DNA of 64,000 nucleotides from Eledone cirrhosa (GCA_964016885.1 OZ024741.1:170996001-171060000); one strand, 5' to 3'; numbered from the stretch's first letter, positions 49,733 to 64,000 are shown. Translations and numbers: made by a program. Notes: a model not told the origin generated them from the sequence alone.

Positions 49733-50455
49733 TTATTCGCAATACATACATACATAATGGCTGCCCCCTCGTTTTCGAGTATGACTATTGCACGGTATTC
49801 CATTATTAATAATTATTAATTAATTCTATCGTGCAATGCCTGTGCGTGAAGATATTTTTTAAAGTGAGGAAAGACTGTGCACTGAGGCAATCCCACTCTC
49901 TGAGCGACAGTATCTATAACCCGAAAAGAAGAAATTATCAACATCATCGGTAACTACTTAGCCACAGGTTTTATATCGGTGTTATCCCAGATTTTTGAGT
50001 TCCCTTCTCCTAGAAGAATGCCCTGACAAAGTCTAAGGGTACATACATACATACATGCATACAAACATACATACATCCATAAATAGTTGTCATTAGTGCG
50101 TTGAATAATATGAAAAACTACTGCATATACACATATAGCTTTACAAAACCACCTCTCTGAATTATTTGTTCAAATAAGCTAAGATCCGGTTTGTATTGCA
50201 GCTTATTCTCCTTCAAGCTGTTTCATCCTGTACGTTCGGATAGTTCAAGAGTACTTATGGTCTCACACAACCAAATTATAGAGGAATAATAGTAAATACT
50301 AGCAAATTGAGAACGCCTATGTGTGATGGGCGTAGTTTCGTTTCATATGGAAAAATTAGATTATAATTTTATTTCTTGCTCCCGCACAGCTGATACCTAA
50401 ATGTAAGTATGCATACGTACACACATACACATATACACACACACTCATACACACA

Positions 50456-50518
<63 letters not shown>

Positions 50519-51199
50519 ACATATATACATATATACGTATGGGTTATATCGAAAATTAATTATAATATTCGATTCGTTAGTAAACAAACAACCTGTACCA
50601 TGCCGATGAACTATCGTCATCCGTTTGTTCAACAGTGACATCGATGAACAATCAACGTATTTCTGGGTCATTACATTTCATCAGGACTGTTTACCTCTCT
50701 ACCAATGTGTTGAACGGTTGAAAATATATAGTATTTTCTGAAGTATAGATCGCCTGAGTAGCCTCATTTGCATACCGAGAGCGAGTTACGGCTTTCCTTG
50801 CCAAAAATTAAAAGTAAAATTAGATTCGGATTTTAGTCTTCACATTTATTATTATTACTATATATATATATATATATTAGCAGTTTAGCCCGGCGTTGCT
50901 CGGGTTTGTTTATTTGCTATGAAAAGTTACATACAGGTAAATGTGGCTTGAAAGCGAATAAGCTTATCAATTAAGTGCATAAAGCAGTTGAACCGGTTAT
51001 TAAAAGTTACGAACGAATTAGCATTTTGGACAATCAACGATGGGTTAATAATCTTCCAATAGCGAATTTAGCAGACCAAAGTTGCAAGATGGTGGCCCTG
51101 ATGCCACAAGGTGTCAGATCTGTCCGCCATGGGTGACCCTACCATGAAATAGTTTTCCAGACGCAATTGCTCCAACACCTCCAACACCTGCACCAACAT

Positions 51200-51457
51200 C
51201 TATAGTACCTCTTTGTAGACGATATTGCGTGTCATCCCTTGAGGAGTGTAAGCAAAAATTCTATTCCTGCTCCCTACGCGGGAACAGGCAACACAAAGTT
51301 GGCCATGGGAGAAGCATGGCTCCCCCAAATGGATGCCCGCCACCAACAATGTTTGCCCTTGTGACTTCTTAATGGACATGGCAAAACATGGTCTCACCGG
51401 GAATTGGGATCGCCGGAAATCGAACGGGATATCTGACGCTGAGGGGAAAAGGTTCAT
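51200..51457 (-). pseudogene. Helitron Rep/Hel Pif1 helicase C-terminal fragment
   Basis: FRRSQFPVRPCFAMSIKKSQGQTL...PCFSHGQLCVACSRV...TRNIVYKEVL (helicase motifs V/VI). Confidence 0.9.
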
Positions 51458-51695
51458 CCTTGGCAGTGTATTCGGCAGAATTGCCAGAAGTACAACTATA
51501 TTATAGGTGTTGTCATATTAATATTTAACCAATGAAAGTCGTAAAAAATAAATAATTTAAACATTCCGATTCATATGTCTATAGCATTAATCTGTTATAT
51601 GAAGTGTTATTTTGCGGGTTGTTATTTGCAATAAGCCGATTTAAAATACCCCAGAAAAGCCGTATGTTAATACGGAACTCCAATGACTCCCCTCG

Positions 51696-52013
51696 CAGTT
51701 AAATTATAGAGAGGGGGAATAATCTATTATAAAGATAGGGAAGAGCGATGGAGAGAGTAAAGCTAAGATACTATAGGGAGGTGTTTAAAACAGTGTTGTC
51801 ATATAGCGAGTGAAGAGCGACAGGGAGAGTAAAGCAGTTAAATCATAGAGAGGGGGAATAATCTATTATAGAGAGAGGGAAGAGCGACGGAGAGAGTAAA
51901 ATTAAGAAACTATAGGGAGGTGTGTTAAACCTCAAAGCATGAAGAGAGTAAATCAGTTAAATTATAGAGAGGGGGAATGATCTATTATAGAGAGAGGAAA
52001 GAGCGACGGAGAG
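51696..52013. repeat. imperfect tandem repeat of about 120-140 bp (3 units) inside the Helitron
   Basis: CAGTTAAAT(T/C)ATAGAGAGGGGGAAT.ATCTATTAT recurs near 51696, 51834 and 51954. Confidence 0.8.
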
Positions 52014-52320
52014 AACGTTATGACTATGTTTGTTGTATAAAATGATATGTTCCTTAGTTTTCAAAGTTTGTCGCGTTCCTGAACGAAGTTTTGTCGCTGT
52101 TGGGAAGTAGAGAGAGAGAATAAGCGTGTAAGAGAGAGGGTTACAGCATTTATTTAGTTTTATCGATTTTTTTTCATAGAAGCAGAAACTTTTTGGCAAA
52201 GTTTATTACGCGTTGACCATCGTTGGTAAATTTGGAGCACATCGGAAAAAAATCATCAAAATCGGTAGAGAAATGTGGAAATGCATAAAAAACACACACA
52301 CACACAGACAGACATCTTCC

Positions 52321-52411
<91 letters not shown>

Positions 52412-52968
52412 TTATTTATTAAAATGACAGATTAAAATTTAAGCAAAGAATCGCTGCTTTGACCCTTAACTGGTTCTTCTGAAACTAAAAAAAAAAAAAC
52501 AATCTGTGAACGCAAAAGTAAATATTTCGAGAAACGTTGCAACCGAAGGAAAACAGGAAGACGATACTTTGGCTCGTGAAGACGTTCCCTGGCAATGAAC
52601 GGGAAAAAAACGATGATAATACGCCATTATGTGGTGCTATGAGAATTTATACACGCAAAGACAAAACCACGTTTATGGTGTAAATGGAGTCGTTGATTAA
52701 TATTCTATTAAGGAAACCAAATGATTCTCGGCTTCGGAGTTAAGAATAATGCAAATAAATTAGTAGAATGAAAATGACAGAGGTTATTAAAATCAAAATG
52801 TAACAATAATTAAATATATACATACACACATCTATATACGTACATATATGTGCATACGCGAAAACACCCGCCATGTATGCACATACATGCACAGGGTTCT
52901 TATATATTTGATATATATTTATCCTCGTCGAGCCCTCTCTGGATTTTAGTCTTCACATTTATTATTAT

Positions 52969-53030
<62 letters not shown>

Positions 53031-53583
53031 CCACGAGCATGTGTATAGAAAAGGAAGTTCTAGTTTGCAGTTTTGTAAACTGAAAGTTTTCATAAACAAT
53101 TCGACAATAGGAACTCAATGGTTTCCATTGTATTTTATTTGGAAAGATCTATAGCTCTGTATACCTATCAATTAAACAGTCTAATTAGTTTATTCAGTGA
53201 TCGGAGAGGAGTGATTAGATACATATACTATGACAGGTTGTTTATTTCATAATCTTCGATTCTATCATAAATCGATAATATTGAACTAGTTGCTGATTAG
53301 CTTAAACATATTAAATGTTTTGGCCAATTATTAAAGCTAAGTATTGATTTTAGAAGACGATAGTTTATGGTAGTTTTGTCTTACTGGATATAGACTATGT
53401 ATGACGTTTATTGTAGCCCTGTATTACTAAGTACTGACTATGTTAGTGGGAGCTGTAGTAACCTTGTATTTCTAAATACACTACGTAAGAGGGATATGAT
53501 AGCTTAGGTACAGATTCTATAAGAAGCTTTGGTCTTACTAGGTACATACTGGGGTATTATTAGGGATAGACTATGTAATATAA

Positions 53584-53780
53584 TTGTTACTACTTTAGGA
53601 ATAAGGCCAGCAATTTAAGGGGAGAGGAAAGACGATTAAATTGACCCCAGTGCATTACTGGTGTTTTATTTTATCCCGTAAGGATGAAAGGCAAAGCTAA
53701 CCTCGGCGGGATTTGAAGTCATAACGCAAAGGGCCTTAACTCTATGCTTCGAAGCATGTTGTCCGACGTTCTACCGATTC
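53584..53780 (-). mobile_element. SINE S1 inserted in a degenerate minisatellite (about 53365-53900)
   Basis: Reverse complement of S1; the flanks show recurring GGTAGC.CT(T)GTATTACT.GGTA-like units. Confidence 0.75.
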
Positions 53781-55599
53781 GGCATGATGGTAGCTCTGTA
53801 TAACTAGATACACATTAAGTATAGATTATAATTTTAACAGCCTTGTATTACTTGGTATATATTATCTAAGAGAATTATCTATGGTAGCCTTGCATTCTTG
53901 TTTTATTTAATATAAATGTAATTGACACTGAATATTTACACCACAGCAACAAATTAGTAAAATACAAATATTGTAGGGTGTTTTAATATAGACAATCAAT
54001 TCTGGAGCTCTCAGTTTAATATAGAATTTTACAGATAAGCAAATAAGTGAGATTAAATAGTAATATAAAACTGCTCTGTTGAACAAAGGGTTATTGTTAT
54101 TATATTTTTTAGACACAGCTGAGCCGCGAGAGTAGACATGTGGTTGAATATATTCCTTCCATTACCATATTGTGTTTTTCTTCAGACAGGGCATTTTTGT
54201 TCTAAATCAGTAGGATGAAATATGAACTTGATATGACTGCTACTTCTAGTAACTTTGTTGGCTAAATGTAGACAGACTCGTACTTACCGGAAAAATAAAT
54301 AAAATGACACACACGGTCTAATATTTTAATTTCACCACATAATTATTATCTATTTCTCTATTTAAGTTTTTCTGCATTAAATTAGATAATACTAAGCTGT
54401 GTTGCTTTTATTTTGAAAATGCCAAACTATTCGGTTTCTTGTGTAATAAAATATGAAATACTGTAGGTTACTTTAAGCTGGAAAGATAATATATGATATA
54501 GCCATATATATATTTCTTCGGTGCATGTTGGTGTTTATTCATATTCTTTTCTGAATTTAGTGGTGATGTTGGATGGGAGGAACGCCGAGAACTTTAATTT
54601 CATTCTCAAATAATTATCCTCAAACATCAAATACCACATTAACCAGCTTTCCCTTTCATCCCACCAATATTTCTGCCCTAACGTTTGCTCCGCTTCAGTG
54701 CAGAGCTTGTTATGCTTATTGATGTAACAAAGATATTTTGTCAATGAACGTGTCACTTTATCTGAACTTAGAGACGTTTCACTGTTAGCTGGATTACGGA
54801 GATCTCGTTTCGCACCACCAGATGGTCGGTGATAGAATGTGGATTTAAAACTCAAAAACAATGAGAGACTGAGCAGATACCTAGGAGCAACTCGTCCGAA
54901 TCTCTAAAAATTACACCAATATATTACCATCAACTAGTACTTTATTTATGGACTCTTAAGAAAAGCACACTAACTACTCTACGCACTCACAGTCTTACTT
55001 TTCCATCCAATGTAACTATAACTACATTATCCAATATATTGTTCTATTTTAAGACTGATGAGTGTGATTTGACTGAGTTTTAACTGTTTATTCTAGCAAG
55101 TTAAGCGACTATGTAGAGGTTCCTTCCCTATCTTCTGCGTGTTGATGGTAATGGTGTTATTGATATATTTGTTATTAAGTACTAATCAAACCTGAAAGGG
55201 TAGAAATATTATCCGATATATTCCAGCCATGACCATCCCCTCATGTATGCATTCATACTAGACCATATTGGCCAACGCGTCCTTCTCTTAATAAAACTAC
55301 AAGGTATGATATGGATGAGAATTAGTTGCGATTTTAGCCTGTAGATTGACTTATGTGTACAGTGAATCATCAATTACAATTAGAAATTACATTTTTTTTT
55401 TCGATTATAAATCTCATCTATTAGATATCACCGGATAATTAACAGTTTCCTTTTCTTATGCCTCAAAGATGTACATTATATTCTTCTACATATCAACACT
55501 ATTCCACATAACAAGAATCTTTGATGGTTCTGTTGTTGATTATTACCACTAATACGTTCATAACCTTATATTTTCTATAAGAATATATGGACACGTAAA

Positions 55600-57280
55600 A
55601 CAGCAATATTAATTGTCAGGTAGGAAATGACGTTGGATCAGTAACACACAGACACACACTGTCTTTCAGTCGGCTCTATAGAGATTTCAATGTCGTGGTT
55701 GCAGCATTTGTCAAGATGCGTGTTTAACAGAAGAGACTCTCCTTGTCACATGTTCCTTGATCTGTATGCGTAGTCTCCTTATGGTTAAGCAATATGAGGA
55801 GATAGATTTATAGCAGTGATCTTATAGACTAGATATGCTCTTATGTATACATCTCCATTATTAATGCGACTGTTAAGAAGTATGCATATATTGCTGCATG
55901 CTGGTTGGTGTCTGTTGAGCAGTTTCCTAAAAGAGGGTCCCAATTGTATCAGCCGTACATTCAGTCCTTCCCTACAAATGGCTTGTCTGATGGCAGTTGT
56001 CTTCTTCTCATCGAAATGTGGCAGCTTTAGATTGCATATGTTATCCTTAGCGGCACGTGTCCGCCTTGTTCTTTTACGTGTTGCTGCCTTGGCAGTTCGG
56101 TGTTTGGTGAGAGATGAAGGGTAGCCTTTTTCAGTGAGACCTTTTTGGGATTCCACTGTATCTGTTGTGTATCGGGATATTTGTTTGTATACAGAGCCCT
56201 CAAACTTGGAAATGTTGTTACATATGACGATATAGAGCAGTTCGCGGATGTCAGCAACAGTGAGCCCAAAACAACTGAGGTCCATAATGTCGATGATTTT
56301 GTCCGTAATTAAGTCGATGGTCGGGGATGCGGGGCCAGAGGTGTAGAGAGAAACTACGTCTAAACTATATGGCATCTATTCTGTCAAGGTGTGGCGAAGT
56401 CAAGTTCTTTTAGTCTGTTGACTATTTCTTGTGTGCTGTCTACATGCCCGGGGAAAATGTAAAGATGTTTCAAAAGGCAGGAAAGAAGCCTAGAAATTGT
56501 TATAAAAACTGGTTCGTGCCAGAAACAATGATTCTAATTTAAAGTTAGGTCCTATTTTGTGTGTTTGGACGAGATGGTAGAAGGTGGGGAGCTTACTGTT
56601 TCTGGTGTTAAAGATGCGTTATATTCTACTAGGGAAACTTCGGTGGTTTCAGATATTAGCCCATTTAGTGTTAATGGTGGTCTCTAATTTGCTAGGTGTT
56701 ATGCTTTTCTTAAGCTTACTATGTAGAATTGTGTTGTTAAGGTGTTCTAGCACATGTTGTGTATAAATGTTCCACTCAATGACGCAGAATTCTCTCCTTT
56801 TGTCTGATGAGAGGTGTATTAATATTTTGAACGTCGTTCTCTTCGAATATTTATCTGAGACATGGAGAGATTTGGTGAGGGGGACGAGTGTTTCTGTATG
56901 ATATTGAAGGTAGGATTCTTAAGTCTAGCTAGTTTATCTTTAAGTTCATGTTTGGTGGATATGGTTGGAGTAGGTTGTCTGTGTGGAATGTGGGGAAAGA
57001 GCCAAAGTTAGCGTTGACAGAGGTAGTAGTAGTGGTATGGGTGGCGACGCTATTGTTGTTGGTGATGTTTGTTTTTGTAGTAATAGCAGCTGTAGTAGTG
57101 GATATTAAGAGCTGTCACCCACTTTAACTGGCATGCCGTTCTACAGAAGTTAGCCTCTATGTCAAGCTTTATAATCTGGCTGTAGAGTTGACTTACGAGG
57201 AATTTAGGTTCATAGCTTAATACTCCCGATTCTCTAGATATTAACGAGTCAGATAGAGTTGTTACACGTGGGTTGTTCAT
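55600..57280 (-). mobile_element. degenerate Penelope-like element (RT + GIY-YIG remnant)
   Basis: SLDVVSLYT RT motif, FEGSVYKQI, KGYP, LKLPH, LVYKIT; N-terminal VTTLSD...LSYEPKF. Confidence 0.75.
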
Positions 57281-57425
57281 ATCTTCGCATCTGAATAGGG
57301 GATATTAGCCCCGAAATATCATCATAAATTACACTGTAAAACATTACTTTATATTGTTTCTTTGGTCATCATTTGCCCTTTGTAGTTTTCTACACACACA
57401 CACACACACATACACAGACACACAG

Positions 57426-57639
<214 letters not shown>

Positions 57640-58055
57640 GATATTCTCGGATCCATACGTAGAGCTAACTTTAGTCCCATAAAACCAGCTGCTATTTTTA
57701 GCGGCACGAGTATGAGACGCACTAGGCGCTGTAACATGTGCGTTTATACCAACACACAGTTCAGTCTACTTAGATCTTTTGAAGTGAAAGGTACGAATTT
57801 CCTGGATACCCGCAAAAGAGCACAGGAATGGTGCCTTTCACTTAATAATTTTTGCGCAACAGATTTAGATCTGTCTGGGTATCAAACGGCAGTTGCCCAA
57901 TATAGGTTTGTTATTTTTATTGATTTATTACTTTAAATCGAGACAGGCAAACCATATTGTTTTCAATTAGTATTTTTTTCAACCTAGCTAACTTCGTTAT
58001 TTGCAATTCGAACACATGTATACTTGTATCGGTGTTCATCCCTCTCATATATTCA

Positions 58056-58093
<38 letters not shown>

Positions 58094-58970
58094 AATATAT
58101 ATATATATTCAAATATAATTTCAGCGAGATCGTATTTCGGCGGCGGCCAAAACAAAACGAAACGCAATTTTCGAGATATGCCGGCAAGCGCTCAGTGGAC
58201 TGGGAAGAAACCAGAGCAATTAACATACGTTATAATAGCCAGACACATTATAAAAATGGCTGTGAATTGACAAGCCAGGCAGCCGAAAAAGCGAGCAAGC
58301 TAAACAGGTTAACAACAATTTTTTACCTGGACCTTCCTGGAACTTGGTGGTAAAATCCAGTGGGAGGTTTCTGTGACTTCTAAATCAAGTATATTATCTG
58401 CTTTCGTTGTAAGCTTTCGGTATAATGATCGAACAAGGTAGACACTTTGTCAACAGGTTTTTGCTCTCAAAAGCCTACCAGGTTCAAATGAAGCATTAGT
58501 GAGGCTACTACCTCACGTGGTTACCCTGCAAGGAGATAACCACTGTTTTTGGCGGGTACATTCAAAATGTGTAAAGGAGTTGCAAAATATATATATATAC
58601 ATATATAATAGCCCATACGCAGGTATATACGATATGTTTATACATAATAAAAATATAGAGCTTTCACTATGAATATTTTCAGCTGGGACCACATCACAAC
58701 TAGCTTAGTAGCCGTGTCAGAAAACAGACACGTGATTCAGGAGTTTTATACATCATCAATGTTGTTTACTCACTCTGTACTGAGATAAGACTAAGCATAA
58801 TATGCTTCTATATAAGGTGCTTGTATATGTATGTGTTTATATACATATTTATATATAAATATAGTTGATATGCCACCGTATGCTCCTCTAATTGTGTGTA
58901 TACCATGCATAATACGTACATAGATATATACATACATACATGGATACATACATACATACATGCACGTACA

Positions 58971-61900
58971 ATGGCGACCGTTGTGGTCAGTGCCCGATAA
59001 TCGGACGTGTGTAATTACGGCTTACATGAAGGCAACATACCATATATTGGAAAAAGTTGAGCTACATTACGCGGTAAGATTACATACGATAATTCTACAT
59101 AAGTGTTTGAACTGTGTGTTGTAAAACACCTATTTATATGAACGATACATACACTTTAACATATAAATGCAACGTTGTTATATTACATTTATAAAGAAAT
59201 ATACAAGTAACGTTTTCGATTCAGAAACAAAAATATAAGTGTTTGAACTGTGAATATGTTGTGAATAGGTTGTAGACCACCTATTTATATGAATGATACA
59301 TAAACTTTAACATATAAATGCAGCGTTGTTATATTATATTATATTCATAAAGGAATATACTAAGTAACGGTTCTTTTTGTTCTCGATTCAAACGATTCAA
59401 GAACAACGTTTAAAACACAGTTGTAGAATTAAAAACTAACCGAAAAAAAATATTACCCAAGCTGTGAATAACTTTAAATTTGATTCTGACAAAACTTTGT
59501 CGTAACTTTTAAAGAAGATCATCGACTATTTTGAAAAATAAATACGAAATATTAGTGAATAGACGAACTCATCATGGCAAAAAGTACAAGTCTCCTTCGA
59601 CCAAATCGCAACTACAACCGTTCTACACAGTGGACCTACGAGCTTAACAAAGTATTATATGAAGCATACAAACAATCTGAACCCCAAAAGTTCGGTTTTA
59701 TGCAAAGGCTAAAAACTTTATGGAACTCCAAACACCCAGAATTAGACTTTTCTCCAAAGCATCTAAATGAACAGGCAAAACGTATCATTAGATGTAAATT
59801 GATGCATCTAACGGAATTGAGTGATACTACAAATACAGCCCTTGTAGACAACCACCCCATCTCCACTGACAGACAAAGAGAATGGCCAGCTAAATCTAAC
59901 AGTGAACAGCTCACCGACAATTTTGCTGAAATCCATCCCACTTCCACTGAAGAACAGCGAGAAAGGTCAGCTGACTCTAATAGTAATTGTCACCACATCA
60001 ACAACGAGTCTGAAATTCATGACTCTACTGAACAAACAGAGCACCAAAAACTTGTGGGCACCCTACAAGTGATATGGAACGATATGTTTCAAGAGATACA
60101 CAGCCTTAATGTGAGTGACAGACCATACAACACTAGAGTCAGTAAAGAACCCACTAAATTGGAATTGGAAGCGGTGAACGAAATAGTTGGCAATTATCTG
60201 AAGGCTATACAATCTAAAGGTGTAGAAACGACATTTGAAACGCTTAATGTTTTGTTATATGTTTCAGCTGTCACATTGCTATCACACACATCTAAAACCA
60301 CGCAATCAAGATACAAACAGAAAGCCTGAACCAGCGTGGATGCGAAATTTAAAAACCAAAATGTTGTCCCTGAGACGAAGTATCTCACACATCGCAGTCG
60401 TTATGAAATGCAACATAGAGAGCAACTTCACACGACACCAGGAAGACCTAAAGAAAAAGTTAGAGACGATTTGGAGATACAAAATTTTAAACTTGAACTC
60501 CAAATTACACCAGTTGAAACAACAACTCACAGCTACAACAGAAATACTAAAATATAAGTCAACAGCACATAAACGACAAGTTCTAAATAGATTGTTTGCC
60601 AGAGATCCTAAATCAGTTTATCGCAGCTTAGGTGGCAAAAGCTCAATTCCTGTAAACGACACCCCTTCAAAAGAACAGGTTGAGAGCTACTGGAGATCTG
60701 TATGGGAAACGGATGACGGATTCAACAGACAAGCTAATTGGCTAAAAGAACTGGAACAGGACTACTGCCAACATGTCCAGACAAAACAATATGACATAGA
60801 TGGGTCAATACTGGAAACAGCTCTACAGAAAATGTCGAATAGGAAATCGCCAGGCCCAGACCTCATTACAGGATACTGGTTGAAGAATTTCACTTTCTAT
60901 CGGCAAGATCTCCTACGGCTGTTTACAGAAACCATTAAGGGCACACAAGAAGTGCCCAGATGGTTATCAACTGCCACTACTCTCCTCATTCCCCAAAATA
61001 GCCAAACCACCCTTGCTAAAAATTACCGCCCAATTGCCTGCCAAAACATCATGTATAAATTATATACTGGGTGCCTTAACCTGTTCTTACAGGATCACTG
61101 TGCTACCAACAACATCATAACACCTGAGCAAGCTGGTGGAAAGAGGGAGGTGTGGGGTTGCATAGATCACCTACTAACTAACAAAATGATTCAGGAAAAA
61201 ACAACAAAGAATCGCTGAAACATGACTGTCGTGTGGCTAGACTATCAAAAAGCATTCGATAGTGTACCTCATGGGTGGATTATTAAGGCTTTACAGTTAG
61301 CTAAAGTCCCACAACCATTGGTAGCTGCTGTTGAACGCCTGACCAAGAACTGGTACACCAATGTGATCCTTAGAGGTGAGAAGGAGCAGGCTAAGACTGA
61401 TAAGATACATTACCAGAAGGGCATCTTTCAGGGTGATAGCTTGTCGGTGCTACTCTTCGTTCTCTCACTGAATCCACTATCTTACCTACTCAGGAAACAA
61501 GGTGGACAAAGAAGTGGGCCCAGAAGTATCTCCCATCTTTTCTTTGTTGATGACCTGAAGTTGTATGGGCCAAATATCAATGACATCAAGAAACAATTGG
61601 ACCTCATTACACAATTTTCAACTGACATCAAAATGAAATTTGGTGAGTCCAAGTGTGCATATTTGGCAAAACGTGGAAGAGCTGTGCCCTCCTCTAGAAA
61701 TCTAGAGATGAAAGAAAATATGGTCATCAGAACTTTCAGCATACAACAAATACATTGCCCACAATACTTATGCTGTGCCAATTCTAACGCCAACATTTGG
61801 CCTACTGAACTGGTCATTGCAAGAACTAAGTGAGATGGATGTTAGAACTCGAAAACTTCTCAGTGTTACTGGGAACTTTAACATCAATGGTGATGTGGAT

Positions 61901-63027
61901 AGGCTATACTTCTCACGCAAGGAAGGTGGCTGGGGTCTAAAATCAATATTAACAACATATGAGACCCGGATAGTAACACTGAAGCAACACCTTCAACAGA
62001 GGAAAAAGGTTGGCAACCATCTTGCCCAGGTTTATGAGCATGAAAAAAGAAATATCATTAGAATAGCGACTGATCTGGAGGAGAGATATGGAATAAAGCC
62101 TGATATAAATATCTCACCCAGAGAATTCGGAAGATCCTATTCAATGTTCAAACAAGATAAAAAAATTGACCAATTTACAGAAAAAGTTGTGCATGGATAC
62201 TTGAGGCGTAAAACACAGACCATAGAGGGGATAAACCACTCAAAAAGCCTGGCATGGAGTTCCAACAAGTTTATGACATCACACCTTGAGGGATATCTCT
62301 ATGCAATACAGGAACAAGAACTCCCTAGCAAATATCTGCTGCACAAAAAGCAGGGCCAGCAGCTGACAATAAATGAAGGCTATGTAAAACAAAGATCGAG
62401 GATGTAAGCCACATTGTTGCCAGCTGCGAAAGAATGTCATCTCGCTACTACCTCCCCATGAGACACGATGGGATAGCTAGAACCATCTGGAACGCACTTC
62501 GGAAAACAAAATTAACAACAAACGAGGAAGAATATATTGAGACAGATGGCACTAAGGAATACTGGTGGAACCGGAAAATAAAAACTGCCACCAAATTAAA
62601 GCACAACCGACCTGATATTGTAGTTTGGGACCACACATTGAAAACGTGTTCTGTTGTGGAGATCAGCTGCCCACTTGATGTAAACGTTGTCAGAAAAATA
62701 CAGGAGAAGGAGGACATCTACGGACGATTGATGAGGAGTTTACAAATCCAGTATCCAAGATACACCTTTAGCTTCGTACCCATCATTATTGGTGCTACGG
62801 GTTATATACCAACCCGCTTGGACCAAAGTATGACTAAACTTGGATTTGCGGACAAAAAGCGCAGCTCCCTAATTCATAGTCTACAAATGGCTGCGATAGC
62901 TGGCACCTTCAAAATTTGCAAAACATTCTTGCGATTCAAGGGATAACAATTTCTTTTCCTCTACAACCTTGCCACCAGGAAGGTGGCCGGTCAAAAAAAT
63001 ATACTCGAAATTAAGAGAAAGACAAAA
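58971..63027 (+). mobile_element. third RLE (R4/Dong-like) LINE family D3, probably 5'-complete, flanked by (TACA)n
   Basis: Disrupted ORF; (TACA)n at 58928-58970 and from 63027; tandem duplication of about 135 bp in the 5' UTR (59100-59215 / 59236-59370). Confidence 0.85.
59574..62946 (+). pseudogene. disrupted RT-RLE ORF of family D3
   Basis: WTYELNKVLYEAY, KSPGPD, YRPIAC, LDYQKAFD, GIFQGDSLS, FVDD, RHD, RPDIVVWD..VEISCP; stops, frameshifts and loss of the YKYLG region near 61710. Confidence 0.9.
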
Positions 63028-63058
63028 CATACATACATACATTCATACACACATACAC

Positions 63059-63132
<74 letters not shown>

Positions 63133-64000
63133 GACAATAGGAAAGATAGTTTTAAACATATATATACAATTATGTGCATGTGTATGAGAATGTGCACATA
63201 TAAATTGAAAATAATCTGATTTATTGACATCAGAAAACACCATTACTAAAACTATAAAAACAACATCCTCCAAAATACAAGAAACAAAACGGCCTTCTAT
63301 ATATAAATTTGAGCGACTTCCGTCCGTCAAACAATATGTGTGTTTGTGTTTGTAAAAGGAAGGAAGGGGATGGTGAAAAGATTATAGAAAAACAGTGGCT
63401 GGCGTTCCATTTGCAACGCTGTGTCTGAGTGTATGTGTATATTTGTGTAAATGTATGTATGTGTGTGTGTGTTTGTGTAAGTGTATGTGTATAGTTGTGT
63501 GCGTGTGTGTTTGTGTGAATGTACGTGTTTTTGTGTGAACGTATATCTGTGAATGAGCATGTTTATATGTATTGTCATACATGTAAATGTATGAATGTGT
63601 GTGTTTGTGTGAATATATCTGTATTTGTATGAATGAATGTATCTCTGTGAGTGGTATTTTTGTAAGCTTTTCTGTGTTTGGGATGTTTATATTTATGTAG
63701 TCATACATATAAATGTACATATGCACACACACACAGGTACACACATATACACACTCACGTCAGCGTGTTGAAAAAATTTCTAGTTAATAAAAAAATACTA
63801 AGTTCATGTAGAATATGATGTCATGTATTCACTCTCACAAGCACTTTTTCTCTCTTTGTCTTTTTCTCTGCCTCGCTTACGCACTTTCTTTATCTCGACT
63901 TCTCTCACTAACTCTCTAACACAATCATTCACTATCTCTCTCTTTTTCTCTATCTCCCTCGCCCCACTCACAATCTGTGCGTGCGTAGGTGTACATTCAC

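Larger units (their letters stand above)
50876..52335 (-). mobile_element. non-autonomous Helitron carrying a Pif1-helicase C-terminal fragment
   Basis: Minus-strand 5' end (TA)n-AAAACGGAAGATGTCTGTCTGTG; 3' hairpin CCCGAGCAACGCCGGG followed by CTAA (CTRR); internal helicase motifs. Confidence 0.8.

Noticed and set aside
54535-54861. 108-aa minus-strand ORF as a possible host exon
   Set aside because: No recognisable domain and no convincing splice context; it cannot be supported without homology or RNA data.
55615-55670. Hammerhead-like CTGAAAGA..CAACGTCA at the 3' end of the Penelope remnant (minus strand)
   Set aside because: The GAAA core is absent, so it is too degenerate to call.

Overview
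This is an AT-rich, microsatellite-dense eukaryotic window, and I found no convincing host exon in it. The SINE families and the (TA)n/(TACA)n/(TAA)n density suggest an octopus or other coleoid cephalopod (inference). Most of the window is retrotransposon sequence. Two nested arrays (about 5.5-21 kb and 27.2-45 kb) are built on (AAT)n microsatellites. In these arrays the Tx1/L1-type APE-RT LINEs all lie on the minus strand and the R4/Dong-type RT-RLE LINEs all lie on the plus strand. One R4/Dong copy has a nearly intact 1124-aa ORF (34996-38370). The window also holds a further RLE family flanked by (TACA)n, Penelope-like remnants with hammerhead-ribozyme-like motifs, a non-autonomous Helitron carrying a Pif1 fragment, two tRNA-derived SINE families and several long foldback palindromes. 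The most notable observation is a 5' leader shared by two divergent R4/Dong elements that also aligns with the 5' UTR of the unrelated Tx1 element, which suggests promoter/leader exchange between LINE clades competing for the same microsatellite. All alignments were made by eye and element boundaries are approximate.
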